64,000 nucleotides of DNA, taken from NCBI RefSeq assembly GCF_026571515.1, contig NW_026864528.1:1-64000 (forward strand), in the 5' to 3' direction. Below are positions 11,387 to 23,998 of the stretch, one piece after another. A model generated the notes under the pieces. The model had not been told where the DNA came from, did not search any database, and saw only the letters and a list, made by a program, of their open reading frames with translations. A program made the translations under genes and the position numbers. The DNA comes from Ruditapes philippinarum (lineage: Eukaryota). The stretch's first letter is position 1, and every line of letters starts with the position of its first letter.

Positions 11387-14300
11387 TCAATTTTTATCAC
11401 TTTTATCTGAAAACATTGCCCAAATAAAAAGTACTATCATAAGCACCAGAAAAATCCAATCAAGCGTGACCATGGCAAATGCAAATTTGATAATTACTGT
11501 GTCACAAGTTCCATAAGAACAATTTTCTGTTATTGTGTCGGTACACGGTCTGAAGTCTTCTGCCATCACAGTGCTATAAGTAGGGTACACCCATACCGAA
11601 CCTATAAAATATTTAGGTAAAACAATTTAAATCGGGTAAACCCATATCGAACCTATAATAATAGTGTAACAATACAATTAAAGTAATGTAGACCCATACC
11701 GAACCTATAATAATAGTTCAAAAATACAATTAAAGTAAGATAGATCCATACCGAACCAATAATAATAGTTAAACAGTACAATTAAAGTAAGGTAGACCCA
11801 TACCGAACCTATAATAATACATTGTAATTAAATAATACAATTCAAGTAAGGTAGACCCTTACCGAACCTATAATTATAGTTAAATAATACAATGAAAGTA
11901 AGGTAGACTCATAATAGTTAAACAATACAATTAAAGAAAGGTACACCCATACCGAACCTTTAATTATAGTTAAACTATACAATTAAAGTAAGGTAGACCC
12001 ATACCAAACCTATAATAATAGTTAAAAATACAATTAAAGTAAGGTAGACCCATACCAAACCAATAATAAAAGTTAAACAATACAATTAAAGTAAGGTAGA
12101 CCCATACCAAACCTATAATAATAGTTTAAAATACAATTTAAGTAAGGTTGACCCATATCGAATCTTATAATAGTCTAACAATTAAACTGATGGGTTAAAG
12201 GATGATAACGATGAACATAGAATAGATGGACAATATAAATATAGTGATTGTTTAACTGTTTCCACGCCATGCCTATAGAAATAGTTAAACTATTCCGATA
12301 CCGCACCTATTCCGCACCTATTTTCCAGTACCGATTCTATTTTCCCATTCCGAACCTAATTTCCCAAACCGAACCTATCTTCCCATATCGAACCTAATTT
12401 CCCATACCGAACCTAATTTCCCATACCGAACATATTTTCCCATACCGAACCTAATATCCCATACCGAACCTATTTTCCCATACCGAACCTATTTTCCCAT
12501 ACCGAACCTATTTTCCCATACCGAACCTAATTTCCCATACCCGAACCTATTTTTCCCATACCGAACCTTATTTCCCATACCGAACCTATTTTTCCATACC
12601 GAACCTAATTTCCCATACCGAACCTGATTTCCCATACCGAACCTATTTTCCCATACCGAATCTAATTTCTCATACCGAACCTATTTTCCCATACCGAACC
12701 TTATTTCCCATACCGAACCTATTTTTTCCATACCGAACCTAATTTCCCATACCGAAACCTGATTTCCCATACCGAACCTATTTTCCCATACCGAATCTAA
12801 TTTCTCATACCGAACCTATTTTCCCATACCGAACCTTATTTCTCATACCGAACCTATTTTTCCATACCGAACCTAATTTCCCATACCGAACCTGATTTCC
12901 AATACCGAACCTATTTTCCCATACCGAACCTAATTTCTCATACCGAACCTATTTTCCCATACCGAATCTAATTTCTCATACCGAACCTATTTTCCCATAC
13001 CGAACCTTATTTCTCATACCGAACCTATTTTTCCATACCGAACCTAATTTCCCATACCGAACCTGATTTCCCATACCGAACCTATTTTCCCATACCGAAC
13101 CTAATTTCCCATACTGAACCTATTTTAATACCGAGTTTATAATGTTCATACCATACGGCGATACCAATAATAAAAGTTAAGCTATTCCAATGCCGAATCT
13201 ATTATGGTTATTTAATCTGTCTTATATTGTAATTTAATTATTATTATCTATAATAATAATAGTTAAACAATTTCTCATTCACACTCTTTGGCGCATTTAT
13301 CATTCACACACTCACAAAAAAGAAAAAATTGTTGCAAAAAACAAAACAAAACAAAACAAAAACAAACAGCTAAATTTTCGTTAAAAAACACAATTTTCTC
13401 GAGCCAGCAGTTTAAACAACATTTGTCTGATTTCTTTGCCGATTCGATTTTGTACTAGTTTTGTACTTAAGCCCCAGTCACATTACAGCTTACGACCACA
13501 AAAGACCAGTTGACGATCACCAGTGACCACTTAAAAACATCTTAAGACGGTCATCGGTGATCTTCGATAGTCGCAGGTTATCTTATTTAGGTCCCACAAC
13601 CAATTTCAGTCGTAGAGAGGTTTTTGAGCTTGCACAAAAACCTCTCTGCGATCAAACAGGTTGCTAAAACCCCAGTCACACTAGAGCTTACGATTACTTG
13701 CGACCACCGGCGACTTGTAAAACTGACGATCATCAGCGATTGTCTGCGACCGAAACCATTTTTGCACAGATAAATTTACTTTTGCGAGTATCGTAAGACA
13801 AGTCATCATTGACAATCGCACGACAGGTCATAAGTAAACGTACGATGGTCTCAAGATCGCCTGGGATTACTTACGACTACCCGTGACATAACATGCGATC
13901 ACCTACAACTTGTCGTACGACCATTACACGATTACTAAAGACTACTTAAGATTATCAATGACTAGTGGCAATTTGTAAAGACTGTCGTAAGATTGTCGCA
14001 CTTCCGAACGACCATCGTGCGACAGCCTTAAGACCTTATAAGATCACTAGCGACCTGTTTGATCGCAAGGAGGTTTTTTGTGCAAGCTCAAAAACCTCTC
14101 TACGACTGAAAATTGGTCGTGGGACCTAAATAAGATAACCTGCGACTGTCAAAGATCATCGATGACCGTCGTAAGGCGTTTTAAAGATTGTCCGCGACCA
14201 GAGGTCACTGGTGATCGTGAACTGGTCTTCACTGGTCGTAAGCTCTAATGTGACTGGGGCTTTAGTGATCTTATATAAGGTCTAAGGGTGTCGCACGATC

Positions 14301-17300
14301 GTCGCTCGAAAGTGCGACAATCGTACGACAGTCTATAAATTGCCACTAGTCACTGATAATCTTGAGTAGTCTTTAGTAATCATGTGATGGTCGTATGACA
14401 AGTTGTAGGTGATCGCATAACAGGTCACGGTTAGTCGTAAGTAATCCCAGGCAATCTTGAGACCATCGCACGTTTCCTGATGACCCGTTGTGCGATTGTT
14501 AATGATGAAGTAAATTTATCTGTTCAAAGAAGGATTGGGCGCAGACAATCGCCGATGATCGTCGGTTTTAATTACACTTCGCCGGTAGTCGCAAGTAATC
14601 GTAAGCTCTAGTGTGACTGGGGTTTTACACAATATAAGGCCCAAAGCCCTAACCCAAGCAAGACTTTCCTGTGGCATGGTCACAAAATAAATGATCAGAA
14701 ATAAAATAATACATACCGCATATAAGCCAGGCAAGACAAAATAAGAATCCAGCGATTGACCAGCATATCTGCCATAAAGAGCAGTCACTGCTATCATCAC
14801 CTCCGCAGATAAGTTTTGTGAAATATAGCGGTGCAAGCCCGCTCACAATGAGGTAAATTGGGATCATAAATCGGATATCACAGTCGTGTAGATATGACGA
14901 TCCTGATTAAATAGATAAAATGATATCGATAAAATAAAAAGAGTTCCGCCGAGGCGTAGCAAACGGTGTTCCGTTAGGACCAGCGCGTTTTCTCGCGAAA
15001 CAGGACAGTACGATGGTGACAGTGCGACTGTACGATGGTGACTACGACAGTACGATGGCGAAGCACAACAATTCAATCAGTCGACAGGAAGGCGACAGTA
15101 CGATGGTGACAATACGACAGTACTGTCACCATCGTTCTGTCGTGTTTCTCCATCGTACTGTCATAATGTCACCATCGTACTGTCGTACTGCCACCATCGT
15201 ACTGTCATTTTTTGGCGCTTTCCCTTCTAAGAGAAAACGCGCTGGTCCTAACGGAACACCGTAATAGCAATATACGCCCGATGACAAATGTACAAGAAGG
15301 TATGATGGCCAATATGTGCCTCGCAGAACGAAGCAAATTTACTGTTGTAAATTGCTTATATTATGACTTTTCCATCAAATGCAAAAGAAAATGTACATTA
15401 TAATTATTTCTAGGTAACAAGTTAACATATAATATAATTGAATAGTTTGCCTTGATTTAATTTTGAATAAAAATCAATTAAATCAACGTTGCAATTGGTT
15501 GATTGCAGATTTTTTTTTAATTTGATCAGTGTTATACTTGCATGCCAAATATAAATACAGTGAAATGAAATCCAAAGCAATAATTTCATAATTTACTCAA
15601 AAAAGAGACATTACTCTTCCAAAAATGAGTTGATTTCAATAAAAATCGAATACAACTTGTGTTGTGATATAACACAATCACAATCCTACCAAAGTTATAC
15701 TGCGGAAACCACTTAAAATTGCTTATAAAGGGGAATTACTCTATTAATATTAATTTGATTGCATTGACTTGTGTTGCGATTTATATGCCAAATATAAGCA
15801 CAATCACTGAAATCCTTCAAAAGTTGTTATACGGAAACCAATAATTTTACTTAAAGTTTCTTTCAAATTGGCATTACTCTATCAATAATGAGTTGATTGC
15901 AACGAAAGTCGAGCTTTACTTGTGTTGTGATTGTACATACTTATATGCCAAATATAAACAAAAGTTATTCTTGAAGGATAACCAATACTTTCACAAAATG
16001 GACATTAGTCTATCAATAATGAGTTGATTGCAGCCAAAATCGATCTTGGCCGGAGTTAATATTTAACGTCCTTGCATGCCAAAATATAAATCTTTCAAAA
16101 ATTATGCTGCACAAAACAATTGTCTACGCACATTTTGACTGATGGACAACGCCATACCACAATACGCCCCGAAGGCCTTGAACATTTTAATTATTAATCC
16201 TACTTCCAGAACAAATTGTAAAATAATTAAAAGATAATGTAATAATTTACTTTAAAGGGACGTCCGTGGTCAAGTGGTTAAGGCCGTTGGCTTCAAAGCA
16301 CTTACCTCTCTCCAATCTGGGTTCGAATCCCGCTAGGGACTTCAGATATTTTAGTGCAACTAGCATTCCGACCATCAGTGGTTCTACTCAGGTGAATGTT
16401 TGTCACTGAAATAATGCACAAAAGGGCTCCTGTGGTATTCCTCTATCAGTAATGCTGAAATGTCGCCATTGACCATCACAGTGTTCGTGCGACGTAAACT
16501 CCATCCAAAAAAATAATTAAATATAGATCTACAATAGTTCAATAAATTATATAACAAAACTATAATTAAATACTGAATTAATTATTTAAAAAATCGCCAG
16601 TTTTTTAAAGCATCAGTCGAACTTAATAAAAATAATGTTGAATATTAATATACTAGTTTTTTCTTATATCTTAGTTTACTGTAATGATATTTATACCCAT
16701 GGCAATTTTAGCTATGCTAAGTCCAGCAATTGCTACTCCAATCAGACAAAATGATGCTGTAAAAGAAGAGAAATTTACAATAAAATATGTTACACTACAA
16801 CCTCTGCTGAACAATACCCTTAGGAGACACAAGTATCTCTAAAGAGGTTAAAATGTTTTTGAAGTCTTACTTTTGAAATTAAAGCGGCCTTCAGATTTTA
16901 TTTTCTGTTGGAAAATACTTCTGTGTTGTTTCAAACTAAGTACAGTTGACTCTCGGTAACTCGAAATCCAAGGGACTGGGCATTTTACTTCGAGAGAAAC
17001 GGAATTCGAGTAACATGGATCTGCCGCAATTACATGTATATACATGTGCCTGGTTGAATGTGCAAAGAAGTAGGTTTGTTATTGTTGATAGTGGCAATGC
17101 TGCAATATCCTACCGTTAAAATGACGATAAATCACTTACAACTACAAATTATAAATGAAAAAATATATTTTTCAAAATTTAATACATGTATATTAATAAT
17201 GAAACATAAACACAATCATTCGTAGCAATGACATAAATGCAAGTTTGTCAGTATTCATTTGTAAAGCACATGATTCTATTAAGCACCCATGTCAATTCAT

Positions 17301-19666
17301 TACAATAAAAGCACAATAACACGATTATTTCAACAATAATTTATCTTATATTTGAAGCGAATTGATCATCGGACGAAAACGAAAGTAGCAACTATCGTGT
17401 ATCGGAAGTACATATTATTGTATGTAATATGGCAGAACATTAATTATGCACATGTCATTTACGTTGCTAACACACATTAAGTCCTGAAAACGATTAAAGC
17501 CACTTTTTGCGATGTGTTAATAATAAATAATGAAAGGCAATTAAAAATTACTATGAAACGTGTGAACCACAAGTGACAACATCTCACTTTGATGTCGCTG
17601 ACCTTTGATCAGTCGGCTGTTTTCACACTTCGACTAAGTGAAATGAAAATATGTTGGACTTTAATTGACGGGACCGAATTTTCTTTTCGACTAAACAGGA
17701 GTCTCGGTAAGTCAAAATTTGACCTAAGCGGAGTTAAAATACAAAGATTAAGAAGGAATTTTGAGGGGACTTTAGAAATTCTTCGACTAACGCGGAATTT
17801 TGAGTAAAGCGAGTTTGACTTATTGAGAGTCAACTGTATTTCAGTAATTTTATCATGGAAAAGTGCATCATATCATTAGTAAGCCTTCTTCAAAATAGCG
17901 TCCAAAGATCTATTTATAACGCGTCAGTGACGTTTGTTCCTATAAATAGTTCCTAAAAATAGAAGATCGGGAAACGGATCGTTGCTTTACTAATATAAAT
18001 ATAGAGACCGGACCAGTGGATTAGATGTTTCGTTTGATTTTACAATTATATAAAACGATTGATCTAAAAGTAACATATTTAACCTATAGAAAAGCTGAAG
18101 GCCGATTTAACATATCTATACTGTTGTTGGATAGAGGTTATTTCTAAATAGAGGGCTCGAGAGGTATTGTCACTGACATAAAGGCTTAAACATTGAAACA
18201 AAGAATTCATCATTCGGATTATAATCGAGATTATTAACAGTTAAAGGCACATTATGCCCCAGAAACCAATACATATTTCATTCATTAGAAAGGTAAAACG
18301 TGACTTATGTAACGAATTAATTATGGTTAAAGAACATGTTATATGCCTATAGCACTGAATGTGAAAGTATTCTTAATATAACAGTAGCAAAATGTAATCA
18401 TAGTAGTATTTTGGCTGCCACACAAATTACTGTACTAATTATCAAAAGACAACAGAAGCAAAAGATGGTTCAGATAATTAGATAATGAGTAACTTTTTGG
18501 AAATTACAACATGGCACTAAAGACAAAAATCTTATGAGAAATAAATCTTTAAATATCTCTTGAAGCATAATGGGTCTTTAAGTGTATAAATATACTGGAA
18601 AGCAGGTTGTGCTAGGGAAATCTAATTCTTAAAAAGTACTAGTTTCCCTAAATAGTGCAAACACTATGAACTTCTTAAAATATGGAATCAAACAAATTAT
18701 CTTCGCTAAAATACAAAATTACTTACATACTAAAAAGCAAGACATTGCATCAAGGTCTTCATCTGTATCTGTTTTTTTCTCGTCAACTGCTGTCCCAACC
18801 TTTGTTATAAATTAATACGTCAATAAATTAGTAAGTGCGCATGCGCAAACAAGCGGCGAAGAATAAAAATATAAGCTATTATAAATGTAAATGTTTTAAG
18901 AAATTCGCAGATAAGCGATGTATTCGAAACACAATAAAAATATTGATGTAAATAAAATAAAATGGAAACTTTAACATTAAAGGCAATTTAACCATCAGAC
19001 ACGAATATACATTTACTTCTTTAGAAAGCACAAACATGAAATTATTTATATATTGGTTTGAGAGCATGTTAGATGCTTGTAACCTGAAGGAAAATTCGAT
19101 AAACGTGTTATAAAAGTAGCAAAATGTAAACAAAGTAGTATTTTTACTTCCATACATATTTCTAAGTTACTGTAACTGTACTAATTGCCAAAAAAAAAAG
19201 ATGAAAAAGATGGTTCAGGTAACTGGCCAATAAATAATATTATTGAAAGTATAAAAGTACACCAAAAATAAAAACTTAAAAAAAAAAAAAGCATTTCTGA
19301 GACATAAAGGGCCTTTAAGATACTATTGATATGATATCAAAAATATGTATATGAGCCGCGCCATGACAAGACAAACATAATGCGTTTGCGACCAGCATGG
19401 ATCCAGACCAGCCTGTGTGATCAGGATTTACAAACCCTGTAACAAGTAGAGAAGCTGATAGCAAGCAGCATGGATCCTGATCAGACTGTGCGGATGCGCA
19501 GGCTGGTCTGGATCCATGCTGGTCGAAAACGCATTATGTTGGTTTTGTCATGGCGCAGCTCATATACATCAAACTGCTTACTGTTTTTTCTGATGGTGGC
19601 ACAAGTACGTCTGCTGCCCCAGGGTTTGGTTCCGGTGGCAGAACATCAATATTTGTTTGATCCTCC
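11387..19666 (-). CDS. TMEM272-like multi-pass membrane protein; exons (19582..19666 tentative), 18727..18799, 16697..16756, 14717..14902, 11387..11601; 5' end unresolved
   Basis: Phase-compatible GT-AG splicing gives ..DAMSCFLVSSFCLIGVAIAGLSIAKIAMGSSYLHDCDIRFMIPIYLIVSG..WLICGSVWVYPTY..CDTVIIKFAFAMVTLDWIFLVL.. The motifs G..YLHDC...IPIYLIVSG, W.I.GSVWVY and C....FAF resemble the TMEM272 family, with four hydrophobic segments. Confidence 0.8.
11590..12165. repeat. ~52-bp minisatellite derived from the TMEM272-like intron/exon junction, about 11-12 units
   Basis: Unit cccataccgaacctataataatagttaaacaatacaattaaagtaaggtaga; the first unit is the real exon boundary. Confidence 0.9.
12340..13125. 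repeat. 19-bp minisatellite, about 40 units, with higher-order structure
   Basis: Unit ataccgaacctattttccc. The 'ctga' variant recurs at 12624, 12759, 12892 and 13063. Confidence 0.92.
13470..14624. mobile_element. MITE (A[A/G]CCCCAGTCAC termini) with an inverted same-family copy nested at 13667-14262
   Basis: Four TIRs. The outer halves are reverse complements of the inner element's halves. TTA flanks the outer copy and TA flanks the inner one. Confidence 0.85.
14963..15262. mobile_element. MITE with ~30-bp TIRs (ACGGTGTTCCGTTAGGACCAGCGCG)
   Basis: Perfect TIRs, internal acagtacgatggtg repeats, and tagcaa on both flanks. Confidence 0.85.
16257..16510 (+). mobile_element. tRNA-derived SINE
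   Basis: A and B boxes; colinear with the 50336 copy. Confidence 0.75.
16943..17836. mobile_element. Tc1/mariner-pogo-type non-autonomous element
   Basis: TA|CAGTTGACTCTC ... GAGAGTCAACTG|TA; a homologous empty site is visible near 48195. Confidence 0.85.
18245..18577. mobile_element. TTAA-flanked non-autonomous element (Kolobok-like), family AGGC.CATTATG
   Basis: TTAA|AGGCACATTATG...CATAATGGGTCT|TTAA; a related fragment lies at ~19000-19318. Confidence 0.7.
19352..19562. mobile_element. Palindromic MITE, same family
   Basis: Same termini, with an internal deletion. Confidence 0.85.
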
Positions 19667-21230
19667 CTATAATCCACAAATAATGTACAACCGTTATCAG
19701 AAGGATAATAGGATTATTATACACATGTATATGTTTACAACAGAATGTCCGAAATTTGAAGCAAAACAAGTAACATGCGGCATGAGCCCGGCCTGTCACA
19801 GTAAAAAAACGATACGCTGATAGCCTTTGGCTAATTAATACCCATTGTGGTAATTTGAACAGCTTTTTTACATACTTCCACATGACCAGTGTCAAGCATT
19901 TGGCCTTACATTGTTTCTGCGGAAGTTTCGACTGGCATTTATTTTTCCGTAACGTTAGGGGATTTAACAATAGTTCACGCCGTTTTCGGACAATGCTTGT
20001 ACATTTCATCTATCGCCTTCTATCAACAAAAAAATGCAAGATTTCAGAATTACTGAGCACACTTTCTTACGCGCATCAATGAATCGGAAATTCTCGGATG
20101 AAATATATCCAATTTTAAAAGTGAATCAATACAATATGAAATGAAAAGCAGCTTTGAAAAACTCACTGCTGTGAGCGTGACCGTGTATGATATCAAAATT
20201 GGAGGTGGCGATCCCAGGTCCCAACTAACCAGTCTTTTCGGAATGTAACATTATGAACGATATAGTGACAATGAACCTCTGGTGGTTTTTGACCGACGTA
20301 CATTAAATTGCCCTCCATGGCCAAGGAGTTATGGTAATTGACTCAAAATCACCGGAAGGGACGTAAGATTCTTTTATTATAAGAGCTTTGTAGCATACAG
20401 AAGATCGGTGATTCTTGAAATAATACACAGAGGGACACCAGTTTTAAACAGTCTGATAGTCGCAACATGACCTTTACCTTGTCGATGTGACATACACCAC
20501 CTCCATTCACTTACCGCAGAAGTCAGATATGTAGATATAATCAAAGTTCCGAAGGCACTACAGTTCGGACTGGCATTGTTTTTTTCCATAACGTTAGGGG
20601 ATTGAACCAACAGTTCACACCGTATTCAAACAAATCTAGTACATTTCATTTATCGTCTTCTATTTGCCAATTCGCAAACAAAATGCAATTGACCCTTATC
20701 GTGCCTGCCGATATGTCATCCCCTCCCCCGTCCCCCTAACAATCGATCAAAAATGTAAATAAATAAAGAACACAAGAGTGATGGAAAGAAAACAATTTTT
20801 ATCTGTAAAAGTGTTTGCTATGAAAAGCGGAAGAAAGAGGATTTCAAGGAATTGTGTCTGTTTTAAAGCCAGAACTGGTGAAACCACTATTACTAATTTA
20901 AAAGGTTTGACCGTTACTACTGAATGTACATGTTTAATTATTTTGTATCACATGACAAGCAATATACATGTGTGATCATGTGAAACGAATTCGAGAATTT
21001 CCAACATTTCTAGCATTGATATTTTTTACTGTCACTAACGACTTTACATATTTTTATCTCAAGTTTATTTTACATTTTTGTATCAAGTCTTCAACATATT
21101 AATCCACATGCTGTGAGTTAAAGTCGGTCAGAAACATTTCTAATTGAAAGCTATTCTTTTGACGCCGTCAGTCTCCCAGGCGTCAATAACAAGTCCAATA
21201 TTGGCTGTGTCGTCTGCTTCATAAAATTTG

Positions 21231-22694
21231 CTAAAATTTTCCTTTCTTCTTCAGCCTTTTCTCTTTTTTCTTTAAGGATCGTTTCTCCAACCAAGCTCTG
21301 ATGAACCCGAAGCAGCCCGGATGTTGCCCGCGTTTCTTCATGTCGTCTGCAGGTTTACACTCAATGAATGCTTCCATCGGCTGCTGTACCTTGCTTGATT
21401 TGGTGGCGTTCTGTTTCTGCACAGTCTATTGCCAAAAGAAAACATAAATGGCAAATTTTAGATTTGTTGTACAATTAAAAAGAATAGAAATTTCCATTAA
21501 AATAAATATTAAAATTAAGAAACATTGTATATGTATTTTGATTTTATGTCAAATAAATGCATTATAGTTTATTTCTGATATTTTTGGATTCTTTCACCCG
21601 CAAACAAATGAAATATGTTGGAATTTAAAATTCCAAAATAGTTCATTTGTTTGCGGGTGAAAGAATCCAAAAATATTTTCGGCAAGTCACCTTACAAATT
21701 TAATCTTGCAATTAATCAATTAACCAGATGGACTAAACTTAATGCTTATATGTGTTTTAGGCGACGGGAAACTTGCAACTTAAATATTGTAGCAAAATGT
21801 TAATTTATAAAAAATGATCCGACATTGTCTTTTTCAATCTTTAAAGTTAAAACAATTAAAGCAATATAAAAATTATATTGACATGTTTTATCAGTTTTAA
21901 TATGATCGGACAGAAAACATATTGTTGAAACTTACCCTTTTCTTATTCTTCTTCATCGCCTTTTTAGTGGTCACCTCATCGTCACTCTTCGTTATTCTAA
22001 CATTTGCATCTTTACATTTATCTCCGACATTGGCTGGCCTGGCTAAAAACATGTCTGCTATTCTATGAAGCCTTTCTGATTCTGTTTCTTGCCTTTTAGG
22101 ATTATCCTTCTCAAGATTTTCGTCAGTTGGGTGTATTGCAGCGTATTCGATGTCAATTACTACTAGATCCTGTTTATCACTCCCAGCTTTAGACTGAAAA
22201 CAGTTCCTTGTAGGTAGATCTGCACTTTCGTCTTTTCTCTTTATTTTACGCTGATAGTCAATACTCTCTTTGCTGTAAAGCGGTCTTGCTAAAAACATAT
22301 CTGCTATACGTTCAAGTCTTTCCTTCTCTGTTTCTTGCCTTTTAGGATTATCCTTTTTAAGATTTTCGTCAGTTGAATGTATTGCAGCGTATTCGAAGTC
22401 AATTACTTCTAGATCTTGTTTGACACTCTCAGATTTAGGTTGCAAACAACTGCTTGTAAGTTGCTCTACACTTTCGTCTTTTCTCTTCATTTTACGTTGA
22501 TAGTCAATACTCTCTTTGCTGTAAAGCGGTCTAGCTAAAAACATATCCGCTATACGTTCAAGTCTTTCCTTCTCTGTTTCATGTCTTTCCGTGATATCTT
22601 TTCTGAAATTGTCGTCTGCATTTTCTGCCAATGGATGTATCTTTGTGTATTCTATATCAACCAGTACTAGATCTTGATAATCCTTTCCAGCCAT
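21231..22694 (-). CDS. Uncharacterised repeat protein, copy B; join(21936..22694, 21231..21425), about 317 aa
   Basis: ATG in aaaATGg context at 22694. Three repeats of KQDLxxIDIEYAAIHPTDENLKKDNPKRQETEKERLERIADMFLARP. Phase-0 donor AGG|GTAAGT at 21936 joins in frame to acceptor caatag|ACT at 21425. Basic C-terminus (..RSLKKKEKRLKKKGKF*). AATAAA on the minus strand near 21064. Confidence 0.75.
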
Positions 22695-23491
22695 TTTAGG
22701 CTGTGAGGAGCTTGTTGCCAACCGCCAATGTTTGGCCAGCTCCGCTCTATGATTGCCGTCACTATGTGACGTCTTGACGTTGTTCCTACTGTGACGTTAT
22801 TAATTACGTCATGAACCTTGGTTGGTTAACGTTTGTTTTATTAATATCACTATCTTAAACCACTGAGATGGAAAAGCTTAAAACAAAACTCGTTTTACAA
22901 AGATAAAGTGAAGCACTTTAAATGGAAAATTCTGCAAAAAATAATATTAAATTATACTCAGAATTTAATTTAAAAAAGTCTTTTTTGTGAAATTCTTAGC
23001 TCGAGTTTAGCAAAGCTTTCATTTGTGTGTCAAATTGCACAATAAAAATTAATATACTAGAAAAACGTTGTGAGAGAATGATCTAAATATTTACAAATGT
23101 TATAGGTTTATACCTACATATCTCGGAAAAAAAATATTTCCAGTCCCAGCATGTCAAGAAACCTCAGAAAAGTCCCTTTTAAAGGGACTTTTCTGAGGGT
23201 TTTTTTTTTGCATTATGGGACTGGAAAATTCTTTCGAGATTAATGCTCCATTTGATGCAGATCTAGACCAATAAATTGTGTGCAAAATGACAGATTGTTC
23301 GCTCACTCAGGTTTATTTTTTGTTGGTTTTTTTTGTTGTTGTTTTGTTTTTTTAGAAAAAAATATTCTTATTGTGCAAAATAACCCAAAATTGAAAAGCA
23401 TTGCAACGCTTTATACTCAAATCGGATTATTTGATTTAATCTGAGTATATTTCTTAATTATCTTTGAAATTCGCAAATATTATAATTTTAA

Positions 23492-23998
23492 AGGGATATT
23501 CAGGCAAAATAATGACAAAAAAAATAAAATGATCTTAAGTTCTCAAATCACGCTAAAATGACTTTTCTTGAAGTTACAGCATGTATTTCTGTTTAAATTC
23601 TAAATATTTTGGGTTTGAAGCGTACATATATCTATATATGTTGAACAAATTTAGACGCCAATAGAATCACCAAATAGTTTTAAAACAAGTCAGGTGACTT
23701 GAACAAACCCTTGAAGTTACAATAACAAATATTGTGGATATTGTATGATTGAAACAAGCCTAAGTCATTCATTTGACATGTTCAATAACGTTTCCAGAGT
23801 TCACTTTGACAACTATTGTGAAATGCTAGCGCTCTAACCTGACCCACGCGGGTCAAGTTAGGAAACCACCATTTTATTCTTTATATGGAGAAAAGTTTCG
23901 TTCCTTTGACTGTCTAATATATTTATTTTGAAGGCATTTACAAAATAATGAATGAAAACTTCAAAAATAAGGAATGAAAATTTTGCCTGTGTTTCCCT
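23492..23998. mobile_element. TTAA element (AGGGATATTCAGGCAAAA), present in duplicate B only
   Basis: Imperfect TIRs, TTAA on both sides, and absent from the homologous site near 1435. Confidence 0.78.

Noticed and set aside
11590-13125. CRISPR-like regular repeats
   Set aside because: No unique spacers, no cas genes, and a eukaryotic intron context.
18835-18847. NRF1-type TGCGCATGCGCA motif as the TMEM272-like promoter
   Set aside because: An in-frame upstream exon at 19582-19666 would place it in an intron, and similar motifs occur at 10744, 38477 and 49379. It cannot be assigned without TSS data.
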